Shown: positions 27,488 through 35,943 of the stretch, piece by piece
Layout: each line of letters starts with the position of its first letter
How positions within the stretch are numbered: the first letter of the stretch is position 1
Origin: Acidobacteriota bacterium
GTDB lineage: Bacteria > Acidobacteriota > Aminicenantia > UBA2199
Assembly: GCA_025456205.1 (NCBI GenBank)
Contig: JALOLA010000002.1
Span: forward strand, 7,363 to 71,362
DNA length: 64,000 nucleotides
Reading direction: 5' to 3'
Made by a program: the position numbers and the translations under genes
The notes under the pieces: model-generated
What the model was told of the DNA's origin: nothing
Seen by the model: the letters and a program-made list of their open reading frames with translations, nothing else
Database searches by the model: none

Positions 27488-29635
27488 CTACAATCTCCAT
27501 AGATATGAGGCCTTGAAGAATAGCCCGCGCTTCATCTCCAGAAAGCGGTCGCCGGGGCGGTATTCGTCCTCTTCCCAGCGGAACTTCTCGTAGATCGAGC
27601 CGTAGCCCAGCTGGATCACCGTGCCCGGGATATAGGTGAAGGAGGCCAGGAGGTCGGTGAGCAGCTTTTTGCGGTAGTCGTTGTACTCGAGCACGGAGCG
27701 AAAAAAGAGGTATTTGTTGGCCTGGTAGGTGAGCTTGTTGCGCAGGATCGTATAGTCGTAGACCTTGAGGCGGTCTGCCCTGGCGAACAGGTCGGCATAG
27801 GTGAGGTGGAGCTCCCACTGAAGCTTCTCGTGGGGCAGGTAGCGGACGATGCCGGCCAGCGCATTCCCGTAGCCCTGGAAAGGCTCCTGCACGTAGCGGA
27901 CCTGGTTGCCGCGGCGCAGGGCGAGATAGAGATACAGCTTCTTGCTCAGCCAGCTGTTGGCGATCAGGCGGCAGGCGCTGACGTCGAAGCGGCGGCCGAG
28001 AAATATCTCGCTGGCCGCCCAGGCCTCCAGGGTGAGTCCGGCGTTTCCCGGCAGCAGGAGGTCGAGGCCGAGCCGGCCCAGTGCCTCGTTCATATGGCTC
28101 TCGTGGTCGCGATACACGGCGCCGGTGAAGCGGGGCTTGATCTTGCGCAAGAAACCCGAGCGCGGATAGAACTTGGGGCCGATCTCGCCCTCGACTCCGC
28201 TCAGGCCGCTGCGCGTCAGGTAGCCGCTCTCGCTGAAGAAGCCGCCGCCGATGGCGAATGCGCTCGCGGCGATGTCCAGGTCGCGCGTCGAATAGGTGTA
28301 ATACGCGTCCAGCGCCAGCCCCTCCGTCCTGGCCATGACCGGGTTGTCGGTGAAGGAGGCGAAGCCGTGGAAGCTGAGCATTTCCGAGCGCGAGAGGCGC
28401 AGCTGCCCGTCGACCCCTACCAGGCGGTTGAAATCGTCGCCCTGCTCGCGGCCGGTATAGAACGCGCCCAGGAAGCCGTCGGCGCTCAGGGCGCGCTTGT
28501 AGCGGAATACGGCGAAGGCGGCGTTCGCCGCCCCCGCTCCCGAATGCAGGGGACTGTCCGCGGATTCGTCCACGGAGAATATGGCCGCCAGGGTGTTCCG
28601 GGCGCCCAGTTTTCCGGACAGCTTGAACCCCAGGAGCGGGTCGACGATGCGCCGGGTGTGGACGGCGGCCGCGAAGGGGCTGGAGCCGGCCAGCTGGAAG
28701 ATCTCGCCGCCCTCCATGAAGAACGGCCGCTTCTCGGAAAAGTAGAGGTCGCTGCGCAGGTTGACGTCGACCTGGCCGGCGTCGGATTCCACCTGGCTGA
28801 AATCCGGGTTCCAGGCGAGGTCGAGGACCAGCTTGGAGGTCAATCCCAGCTTGCCGGTGACGCCGAACTCGCCCCGGGATTCACTCTGCCGCAGGCGGCC
28901 CCCGCCCTGCTCATGCCTGAGGTTGTACACGACGGAGGGGAGCGCCTCCAGCAGGGTATAGCGGCGGATGTCGCGGAGCTCGAGGGGCTGCATCTGCGAG
29001 AGAAAAGCGTAGCCCTTGGCCGGGTCCATCTCCGGCACGGAGCCGTGCTCGGTGGTGCGGCTGATATAGCGCTCGAAGAAGATCGCCATCCGCACCCGCT
29101 CCCTGCCCGAGTAGCGGATGGTCTTGAAGGGGATGCGCATCTCCACCGCGTAGCCGTCGGGATTGAGGCGGCCGGCGCTCGACCAGACGAAATCGGCGCT
29201 GAAATCCTCCACGTTGCTGGCGAAGCGGCTGTCGCCCTGGATGCCCAGCGGGTTGACGTAGAAGGCGTAGAGCGCCTGCTGGTCGTTGAAGCTGTCGAGG
29301 TTGATGCAGACGAAGTCGTCGGTCATGATCGTGTCGCGGCTGGCCATGCTGGCCTTGATCCTGTCCGGCGTGCGGTCGTGGCAGCGGAAGGCGAAGTACA
29401 GGTTCTCGGCATCGTAAGCCATGTAGACCGAGGTCTTCTCGGACAGGTCCTTGCTGAAGTCGGGGATGAAAGTGCGGAAGCCGCCGATCTCCTGCGCCTC
29501 CTGCCAGGCCGCGTCGTCGAGCACGCCGTCGATCAGCGGCGGGGCCGTCAGGCGCGCCGGCTTGAGGGTGTCGTGGGCGGGCAGGGCGCCGGGAACGAGC
29601 AAGCCAATGGCTAACAGTATTAAAATGGATTTCAC
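27488..29635 (-). CDS. CBM9-like N-terminal domain plus a DUF5916-type outer-membrane beta-barrel protein.
   Basis: GTG start with AAGGA SD. Signal peptide. IDGVLDDAAWQEA and YFAFRCHD motifs. Alternating beta-strand pattern ending in a hydrophobic aromatic-rich C-terminus. Confidence 0.8.
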   Translation of the reverse strand: MKSILILLAIGLLVPGALPAHDTLKPARLTAPPLIDGVLDDAAWQEAQEIGGFRTFIPDFSKDLSEKTSVYMAYDAENLYFAFRCHDRTPDRIKASMASRDTIMTDDFVCINLDSFNDQQALYAFYVNPLGIQGDSRFASNVEDFSADFVWSSAGRLNPDGYAVEMRIPFKTIRYSGRERVRMAIFFERYISRTTEHGSVPEMDPAKGYAFLSQMQPLELRDIRRYTLLEALPSVVYNLRHEQGGGRLRQSESRGEFGVTGKLGLTSKLVLDLAWNPDFSQVESDAGQVDVNLRSDLYFSEKRPFFMEGGEIFQLAGSSPFAAAVHTRRIVDPLLGFKLSGKLGARNTLAAIFSVDESADSPLHSGAGAANAAFAVFRYKRALSADGFLGAFYTGREQGDDFNRLVGVDGQLRLSRSEMLSFHGFASFTDNPVMARTEGLALDAYYTYSTRDLDIAASAFAIGGGFFSESGYLTRSGLSGVEGEIGPKFYPRSGFLRKIKPRFTGAVYRDHESHMNEALGRLGLDLLLPGNAGLTLEAWAASEIFLGRRFDVSACRLIANSWLSKKLYLYLALRRGNQVRYVQEPFQGYGNALAGIVRYLPHEKLQWELHLTYADLFARADRLKVYDYTILRNKLTYQANKYLFFRSVLEYNDYRKKLLTDLLASFTYIPGTVIQLGYGSIYEKFRWEEDEYRPGDRFLEMKRGLFFKASYLWRL

Positions 29636-29704
29636 TGGCGCATCCTTTTTTGCTTATTACGCGAGATGGGAATTCATAGTTTTGAAGATGCCAAGAGATA
29701 AAAT

Positions 29705-29863
29705 AAGGTTCGATGTTTGAAGTTCGATGTTCGACGTTAAAGAGTGAAGAATCAAGCGCAAAGGGTTTGAACTTGTACGGTTTTCTTGAACTTCGAACGC
29801 AAAGCGATCGCTTCGCTCTCTATTCTTAAAACTTCGAACCTCGAACTTCGAACTTTTCTTCGG
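29705..29863. repeat. TTCGA-family composite hairpin element: a heptad arm at 29705-29756 and a complementary arm at 29816-29863.
   Basis: GTTCGAT GTTTGAA GTTCGAT GTTCGAC GTTAAAG AGTGAAG AATCAAG ... aaaacttcgaacctcgaacttcgaactttt. The centre contains the 12-nt palindrome aagcgatcgctt at 29802-29813. Confidence 0.8.
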
Positions 29864-29865
29864 CT

Positions 29866-31116
29866 TCAGCCCTTCGCATTGGGCTCCGGCAGCCCGCGGG
29901 TGAAGCGGTTCCAGGCGCCGCACACGAGCACCACCAGCAGCGGGTAGAGGCGCAGGGGCAGGAAGCCGAAGGCGCGGCCGGACAGGGAGAGCAGGGCCGA
30001 GACAACGCCCTTGGAGGAGCGGTAGATCAGGGCGTCGACGGTCATCTTGGCGCGGTAGCGGGCGGTGAAGGAGAGGGGGATGTAGAGGACCTCCTTGGCG
30101 GCGCGGAACACCGAGTAGTCGACCGTCTTGGAGATGAAGAAGACGATGGCCAGCACCGGCAGGACGGGAAAGGCCACGGCGCCCAGGGCGGCGAGGCCGA
30201 AGAGAAGCGGGATGGCCCCGTGCACGCGCCGCAGCGGCACGCGTGACAGCAGGAACGGGCAGGCGCCCAGCTGCAGCACCAGCGCGAACAGGTTGACCGC
30301 CGACCAGAAGTAGCCGAGCAGGGCGGTGCGCGGGTCCTGCGCCGGAACCGCGACCTGCAGGGCGCGGTGGAAGGCGATGTCCAGCAGCACCGCCACCGAC
30401 TGGGCGGCGACCACGATCAGGGCCAGGCGGCGGATGGTGGGGCCGGTGCGCAGCAGGTCCCAGGCGAAGTGATCGGCCAGCTTGACCGGCGGGCGGTCCG
30501 GGGGTGTCGGCTGTGTCCCGGCCAGGCGAAAGGCCAGCCAGCCGAGGATGGAGGCGGAGGCGGTGAGGCCGGCGGCGATCCAGACGATACGCTCCGAGCC
30601 GATCCCCACCGAGAGGCGGCCGGTGAGCACGCCGCCCGTCACCGAGCCGGCCGTGCTGACGGCGATGATCACGCCGTTCCAGCGCTTGCCCTGGTCGGGC
30701 ACGAAGAGGCTGTTGATGAAGGCCCATACCTCCTCGACGATGAAGACGATGTAGGCCTGGCCGAAAATGTAGAGCAGGAAGGGGGCGCCAGGGATGCCGT
30801 GCAGCACCGCCGTCGCCGCTGCGGCCAGCACCAGGGCGGAGAGCAGCAGGGTGGAGATGAAGGTGCGGGCCGGGCCCAGGTGGCGCAGCGAAATGCTGAA
30901 CAGCCAGGTGAAGGCGAACATGGCCAGGGGGACCAGCATCAGCGCCTCGGGCAGGCGAGCGGCCGAGTGATGGGCCAGGAAGACCGAGGAGGAAGAGGAG
31001 CGCACCATCTCGTAGCCGGCCATGGCCAGGGTGCCGGCGGCGGTGATGGCCATTACCGGGCGGGCCGCCGACGGCCTGGCCGCGGCGTTCCCTTGGGGGA
31101 CAGGATGGGACAACAT
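29866..31116 (-). CDS. MFS-type transporter, possibly of the nucleotide/TLC-like subfamily.
   Basis: About 12 TM helices. The start at 31116 fits a leaderless promoter geometry. Confidence 0.7.
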   Translation of the reverse strand: MLSHPVPQGNAAARPSAARPVMAITAAGTLAMAGYEMVRSSSSSVFLAHHSAARLPEALMLVPLAMFAFTWLFSISLRHLGPARTFISTLLLSALVLAAAATAVLHGIPGAPFLLYIFGQAYIVFIVEEVWAFINSLFVPDQGKRWNGVIIAVSTAGSVTGGVLTGRLSVGIGSERIVWIAAGLTASASILGWLAFRLAGTQPTPPDRPPVKLADHFAWDLLRTGPTIRRLALIVVAAQSVAVLLDIAFHRALQVAVPAQDPRTALLGYFWSAVNLFALVLQLGACPFLLSRVPLRRVHGAIPLLFGLAALGAVAFPVLPVLAIVFFISKTVDYSVFRAAKEVLYIPLSFTARYRAKMTVDALIYRSSKGVVSALLSLSGRAFGFLPLRLYPLLVVLVCGAWNRFTRGLPEPNAKG

Positions 31117-31122
31117 TGTAAT

Positions 31123-31131
31123 ATTTTAACA
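31123..31131 (-). promoter_or_regulatory. Extended -10 element TGtTAAAAT, predicted leaderless.
   Basis: The hexamer ends 6 nt before the ATG at 31116. No SD. Confidence 0.45.
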
Positions 31132-31136
31132 CAGAT

Positions 31137-31414
31137 AAGGTTCGATGTTCGAAGTTCGATGTTCGATGTTGAAGAAGAAGGCAAAAGGCAAAAGTAAAAA
31201 GGCAAAAGTAAGAGAAGAAAATGAACGTTCGGGTGCTGCAGTAAAAGCGTCTTCGTTTGGTTCATTTGGTCATTGGAACTTGGTGCTTATTTGGAATTTG
31301 GCGCTTGTGATTTGGGATTTTAGTCTTACTGTCAGGTTTCCTGCTACCACTATCACTACCACTTGGAAATCGCTTGAGCTTCTTGCTGCCACTGTCACTG
31401 ACACTGACACTGCC
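31137..31414. repeat. Five consecutive word arrays: GTTCGAW at 31137-31180, GGCAAAA at 31180-31217, TTGG words at 31254-31320, CCACTA at 31341-31366 and CACTGA at 31385-31414.
   Basis: Read directly. The arrays share 17-23-nt identical cores with 38282, 58508-58580 and 44231-44302. Confidence 0.85.
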
Positions 31415-31430
31415 GTCGAGATAAAATCGC

Positions 31431-31459
31431 TTGAAATCAAGCCGTTTTTGAGGTATCAT
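31431..31459 (+). promoter_or_regulatory. Promoter TTGAAA-17-TATCAT for the PLP-enzyme gene.
   Basis: Located 47 nt upstream of the ATG at 31506, followed by an AAAGGA SD. Confidence 0.5.
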
Positions 31460-31505
31460 GAATATGGCTCGATAATTTCCCCCCAAATAAAATAAAGGAC
31501 AAATC

Positions 31506-32690
31506 ATGGAACATGAGAAAGAACTAGGCTTTAACAGCCTTCTGATCCACGGCGGCATGAGCGCGGACCCGCTGGGCAGCGCCACGGTGCCGATCTACCA
31601 GACATCCACCTTCGCTTTCGCCAACGTCGACGAAGGGGCGCGCTGCTTTGCCGGCGAGAGCGACGGCTACATCTATACACGCATCGGCAACCCGACGATC
31701 GCCGCGCTGGAGAAGCAGATCGCCATCCTGGAAAAAGGCTTCGGCGCCATCGCCACGTCGTCGGGCATGGCCGCCGTGTCGACGATCTACATGGCTTTCC
31801 TGAAGTCGGGCGACCATATCGTCAGCACCGACGCCGTGTACGGCCCGGCGCGGGGCATCATGGAATCGTATTTCAGGAAGTTCGGCGTCGAAAGCACGTA
31901 TCTCAACACGTCGGACCTCGATGCCGTCCGCCGCGCCATCCGGCCGAACACGCGGATGCTCTACATCGAGACGCCGACCAATCCGACCATGGAGATCTCC
32001 GATCTCGAGGCTTGCTGCGCCATTGCCCACGAGCACGGCCTGGTGGCGGTGGTCGACAACACGTTCAGCAGCCCGTATCTCCAGCGCCCGATCGAGCTCG
32101 GCGCCGACGTCGTGTTCCACTCCATGACCAAGTTCATCAACGGGCATGCCGATATCGTCGCCGGCATCATCATCGCCAAGACCGAGGAGCTGTACCTGAC
32201 CATCCGGCCGGCCATGGTGGGCATGGGCTGCAACATGGACCCGCACCAGGCCTACATGGTCCTGAGGGGCGTCAAGACCCTCGCCATCCGCGTGGCCCGG
32301 GCCCAGGAGAACGCCATCCAGGTCGCCGACTATCTCGAACGACACCCGAAGGTCGCCTGGGTGAAATATCCGGGCCTGAAATCCCACCCCCAGTACGCGC
32401 TGGCCCAGAAGCAGATGGACGGCCCGGGAGCCATGATCAGCTTCGAGCTCAAGGGCGGGCTGGGCGCGGGAAAGGTCCTGATGGACAACGTCAGGCTGGC
32501 CATGCTCGCCGTTTCCCTTGGCGGCATCGAGACCCTGATCCAACATCCCGCCAGCATGACCCACAGCAAGATGTCCCGGGAGAACCGCGAGAAGGCGGGC
32601 ATCAGCGACGGCCTGGTGCGCTTCGCGGTGGGCATCGAGGACCTGCAGGATATCATCGCCGACCTGGACCAGGCGCTGGCCAGGATCTAG
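31506..32690 (+). CDS. PLP-dependent Cys/Met-metabolism enzyme, methionine gamma-lyase / O-acetylhomoserine sulfhydrylase type.
   Basis: GGMSADPLGSATVPIYQTSTF and SMTKFINGH (PLP lysine) motifs. 394 aa. Confidence 0.9.
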   Translation: MEHEKELGFNSLLIHGGMSADPLGSATVPIYQTSTFAFANVDEGARCFAGESDGYIYTRIGNPTIAALEKQIAILEKGFGAIATSSGMAAVSTIYMAFLKSGDHIVSTDAVYGPARGIMESYFRKFGVESTYLNTSDLDAVRRAIRPNTRMLYIETPTNPTMEISDLEACCAIAHEHGLVAVVDNTFSSPYLQRPIELGADVVFHSMTKFINGHADIVAGIIIAKTEELYLTIRPAMVGMGCNMDPHQAYMVLRGVKTLAIRVARAQENAIQVADYLERHPKVAWVKYPGLKSHPQYALAQKQMDGPGAMISFELKGGLGAGKVLMDNVRLAMLAVSLGGIETLIQHPASMTHSKMSRENREKAGISDGLVRFAVGIEDLQDIIADLDQALARI

Positions 32691-32731
32691 CGCCGCAGGC
32701 GGGCCCGGTCACGGCGCTTGATTTTAACGGC

Positions 32732-34309
32732 ATGAAAAGGTACAGTGGACCCGCTCCCCGGCCCAGGGGGCTGGATCAAGCCATGAATATGAAAAGAGGA
32801 AAGAGAACGTCGCGGCCCGGCCCGGTCCCGGACCTGGCGACCATCGCCCGGCGCGCCATGCGCGAAAAGGGGCTGATCGTCGATTTCCCGGCGGCGGCAC
32901 GGCAGCAGGCCGCCCGCTGCCGCGACCTGGGCGGCGAGCCCGATGGGTCCGGGCGCGTGGCCGACCTGCGCGACCTGCCCTGGACCTCCATCGACAACGA
33001 CGATTCCCTGGACCTGGACCAGCTGGAGGTCGTCTTCGCGCAGGGCAAGGGCTACCGGCTGCTGGTGGCCGTGGCCGACGTCGATATCTATGTTCCCGCC
33101 CATTCGCCCATCGACGAGGCCGCCAGGGTCAACACCACCTCGGTGTACACCGGGGTGAAGAATTTTCCCATGCTGCCCGAGCGCCTTTCCATCGACCTGA
33201 CCTCGCTGCTGGCCGGCAAGAGCCGCCGCGCCATGGTCGTGGAAATGCACATCAGCGCCGAAGGGCAGATCGTCCGCAGCCGCATCTTCCCGTCCCTGGT
33301 GCAGAACCGGGTCAAGCTCTGCTATGACGCCATCGCCGCCTGGCTGGAGGGTGAGGCCCGGGCGCCCGAGCCCCTGGCCCATGACCGTGAGCTGCGCCTG
33401 CAGGTGGAGATGCAGGACCGCCTGGCCCGCGTCCTGCGCCGGGTGCGCATGGCGGCCGGGGCGCTGGAGTTCGCCACCCTGGACACGCGCATCGAGATGG
33501 GCAGCGACGGCCGCGTGAAGCGCATCGTCAGCCGCCGCCAGAACCGGGCCGAGCGCATCATCGAGGAGCTGATGGTGGCCTGCAACCAGTCCACGGCCGC
33601 GTTCCTGGCCGGGCGCGACCTGCCGGTCTTCAGCCGCGTGGTGCGGGAGCCCGAGCATTGGTCGCGGATCGTCGAGCTGGCCGCCACGTATCACTCGAGG
33701 TTGCCGGCGAAGCCCGACGCCAGGGCCTTGTCCGGCTTTTTGCGCAAGGCGCGCCTCGCCAAGCCGGACGCATTCATGGATCTCTCCCTGGCCGTGATCA
33801 AGCTGATCGGCCGCGGCGAATACCATGTCCTGCCCGGCGGCAGAATCCCCGCGGGCCATTTCGGCCTGGCGCTCAACCATTACGCCCATTCCACCGCCCC
33901 CAACCGCCGCTACCCCGACCTGGTCACCCAGCGCCTGCTGAAATCCGCGCTGGGCGTTTGCGCCCGTCCCCTTGGGGGGCTGGCCGGAGCGAAAACGAGC
34001 GCCTATTCCCTGGCCGCCCTGCAATCCCTGGCCCGGCACTGCACCCAGCAGGAAGACGCCGCCAACAAGGTGGAGCGCCAGGTGAAAAAATGCGCGGCGG
34101 CCGAGCTGCTGGAAGACAAGCGCGGCAGCGTGTTCCCGGCGCTGGTCACCGGCAGCTCCGAAAAGGGGACCTGGGTGCGCATCAAGAACCCGCCGGTGGA
34201 AGGCAAGCTGCTGCGCGGCGACGAGCGACTCAAGGTCGGCGACCACCTGCGCGTGCGCCTGGTCGCCACCAACGTGGAGAGGGGCTTCATCGATTTCGAT
34301 CGGGCCTGA
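32732..34309 (+). CDS. RNB-domain exoribonuclease (RNase II/R family) with a C-terminal S1-like domain.
   Basis: IDNDDSLDLDQ, HFGLALNHYAHSTAPNRRYPD and VATNVERGFIDF motifs. The start is ATG 32732 or 32783. The part of the ORF overlapping the previous gene was rejected. Confidence 0.85.
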   Translation: MKRYSGPAPRPRGLDQAMNMKRGKRTSRPGPVPDLATIARRAMREKGLIVDFPAAARQQAARCRDLGGEPDGSGRVADLRDLPWTSIDNDDSLDLDQLEVVFAQGKGYRLLVAVADVDIYVPAHSPIDEAARVNTTSVYTGVKNFPMLPERLSIDLTSLLAGKSRRAMVVEMHISAEGQIVRSRIFPSLVQNRVKLCYDAIAAWLEGEARAPEPLAHDRELRLQVEMQDRLARVLRRVRMAAGALEFATLDTRIEMGSDGRVKRIVSRRQNRAERIIEELMVACNQSTAAFLAGRDLPVFSRVVREPEHWSRIVELAATYHSRLPAKPDARALSGFLRKARLAKPDAFMDLSLAVIKLIGRGEYHVLPGGRIPAGHFGLALNHYAHSTAPNRRYPDLVTQRLLKSALGVCARPLGGLAGAKTSAYSLAALQSLARHCTQQEDAANKVERQVKKCAAAELLEDKRGSVFPALVTGSSEKGTWVRIKNPPVEGKLLRGDERLKVGDHLRVRLVATNVERGFIDFDRA

Positions 34310-34315
34310 GGCCGC
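34251..34315 (+). repeat. Direct repeat copy 1, the authentic 3-prime end of the RNase II gene.
   Basis: gcgtgcgcctggtcgccaccaacgtggagaggggcttcatcgatttcgatcgggcctgaggccgc, about 92 percent identical to 35812-35875. Confidence 0.9.
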
Positions 34316-34355
34316 GCATCCCGGGCGTTTCCCCGCCTCCACATCCGCAGGACCG

Positions 34356-34383
34356 CCCCGCCTCGTCCAGCTGGCGGGGTTTT
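34356..34383 (+). terminator. Rho-independent terminator of the RNase II gene.
   Basis: Stem ccccgcc / ggcgggg with a 10-nt loop, followed by tttt. Confidence 0.6.
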
Positions 34384-34455
34384 CGCGGTGGTGACCCATA
34401 ACCCGGCCTTTCGTGTTCCAGCAGCATGGGAACATCATCACGAAAGGAGGGGCCG

Positions 34456-35811
34456 ATGGGAACAACAACGCGTGGTCTCGTGGGGGCGCTGGCGGCGCTG
34501 CTGCTGGCGGCGCCCACCGGGCTGGCCGCTGAAAGACACGGCGCCACTTTGCACCTCGACCTGCGGGACGGCCGAAGGCTGCAGGGCGAGCTGCTGGCGG
34601 TAAAAGGGGATATCCTGCTTCTGCTGGGAGACTCCGGCTGCGAGGCGCAGGCTGCGATCGGGGACGTCGCGGTGGTGCGCATTGTGCGCCGGAACCGGGT
34701 GGGCAAAGGGCTGGTCCGCGGCCTTGCGGCCGGGTTCGCGGTCGGCAGCCTGATCGGGCTGACCGCCGCGCTGGCCGATGACGAAGGCTATGGCCTGCTG
34801 TGGATGGGCATGGCCGGGAGCATGTTCGGCGGCGCCGGCGCGGTCGTCGGCGCGGGGGCCGGCCTGCTGGCGAGCAGCAACGAGATGATCAGCTGCCGGG
34901 AGAGGGACGCAGCCTGGCGATCGGCTCTGTTGAACCGCCTGCAGCGCCTCGCCCGCTTCCGCGACTTCCTGTCCGGGGGGGCCAGGAGCGGCCCGGGCCC
35001 GGAGTCCGCGCTTGCCGCCAGCCGTGCTCCCGACGAGCCGGGGAAAGTGGAATTCGCGCGCTGGCGCCTGGGGGCGGCATTCCTCCAGCTGCCGCGCGCC
35101 TACGATCAGCGTGCCCTGGGCTTCAGCCAGAGCCTCGGTTACCGGGACCCGCTTGCGCCCGTCGGAACAGGGTCGCCATGGCGCTACAACGAGGGTGGCA
35201 TCGGCAGATGGGCGCGGGTAAGCGACATCCGCCTCGAATATTTCCTCACCCGGCGCCTGGCGATCGGCATGCAGCTCGATCCGTTCAGCCGGGCATCGCA
35301 GGTCTCCGGCGACAAGACATTGCGCGTCGCCGGGCAGGAAATGTCACCCTGGTGGGACATGGGGATCACCAGCAATTCCTATTTCCTGACGGCATCCTAT
35401 TCCCTTGTCGCCGCCGACGGCTTCCTGCGGCAAACGGCGCTGCGGCTCAGGGCCGGGCTGGGCTGGAACCGCTCCAGCCTGAAATACTCTGAAAGCGCTT
35501 TCGCAAGGTCCGATGACGGTGATCCCGAACCCGATGTGATAAGCTACGATGCTGTTGCCAGCTTATGGCCGACGTCGTCGCTCAGCGCCCTGGTCGAAGC
35601 CGAGGCGGCGCAATACGTCAACAGCCGCTGGTCCCTGGCCCTGAACGCGGGGTTCCGTTACCTGCCGCTGCGCGTCCGCGAAAAGGAGATGATCGGGTCG
35701 ATCCGCCGCCGGACGCCGCTGCCCGAGCTGGCATGCAGCGTGACCATTCCCGGGACCACCCTGGACCTCGGCGGCTTTTGCCTGGGCGTCACCCTCAGCT
35801 TGCACCTGTAG
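34456..35811 (+). CDS. Paralogue 1 of an exported protein family: signal peptide, small beta domain, glycine-zipper membrane segment, C-terminal beta-barrel-like domain.
   Basis: AAGGAGG lies 6 nt before the ATG. Roughly 45-50 percent identical by eye to 41590-42960 (shared GATL-L-L-DGR-L-GELLAVKG, LNRLQRLARFRD, GLGWNR and NSRWSLAL-AGFRY-PLRVR blocks). Confidence 0.75.
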   Translation: MGTTTRGLVGALAALLLAAPTGLAAERHGATLHLDLRDGRRLQGELLAVKGDILLLLGDSGCEAQAAIGDVAVVRIVRRNRVGKGLVRGLAAGFAVGSLIGLTAALADDEGYGLLWMGMAGSMFGGAGAVVGAGAGLLASSNEMISCRERDAAWRSALLNRLQRLARFRDFLSGGARSGPGPESALAASRAPDEPGKVEFARWRLGAAFLQLPRAYDQRALGFSQSLGYRDPLAPVGTGSPWRYNEGGIGRWARVSDIRLEYFLTRRLAIGMQLDPFSRASQVSGDKTLRVAGQEMSPWWDMGITSNSYFLTASYSLVAADGFLRQTALRLRAGLGWNRSSLKYSESAFARSDDGDPEPDVISYDAVASLWPTSSLSALVEAEAAQYVNSRWSLALNAGFRYLPLRVREKEMIGSIRRRTPLPELACSVTIPGTTLDLGGFCLGVTLSLHL

Positions 35812-35875
35812 GCGTGCGCCTGGTCGCCACCAACGTGGAAAAGGCTTTATCGATTTCGATCGGGCCTGAGGCCGC
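35812..35875 (+). repeat. Direct repeat copy 2, a decayed duplicate of the RNase II 3-prime end.
   Basis: It starts immediately after the TAG stop of 34456-35811. It differs from copy 1 by 3 substitutions and a 1-nt deletion, and is not part of any gene. Confidence 0.9.
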
Positions 35876-35943
35876 TGCCAGGTTGATTTAATGGGGTTTC
35901 TTGTCTATCATAGGGGAAACGCAGCGAGCGCAAGGAGGCAGGA

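Noticed and set aside
27806-29614. A 602-aa plus-strand ORF opposite the DUF5916-type barrel gene.
   Set aside because: It is antisense to a gene with a signal peptide and recognisable N-terminal domain. Its product is A/G/E/V-rich low complexity.
29657-31132. A 491-aa alternative-frame minus ORF overlapping the MFS transporter and the repeat element.
   Set aside because: It is Pro/Arg/Gly-rich and runs through the heptad hairpin. The 416-aa frame gives 12 clean TM helices and a promoter-consistent start.
29705-31414. Interpretation of the tandem word arrays as CRISPR arrays.
   Set aside because: The repeat units are 6-7 nt with no unique spacers and the arrays are under 80 nt. No cas genes are present.
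32012-32731. N-terminal 240 codons of the 765-aa track ORF.
   Set aside because: The stretch lies inside the PLP-enzyme gene in a different frame and is Arg/Pro/Gly-rich. The real nuclease sequence begins near 32732-32783.
32687-34468. A 593-aa minus-strand ORF opposite the RNB nuclease gene.
   Set aside because: It is a shadow ORF with no motifs. It spans the terminator and the start of the neighbouring gene.
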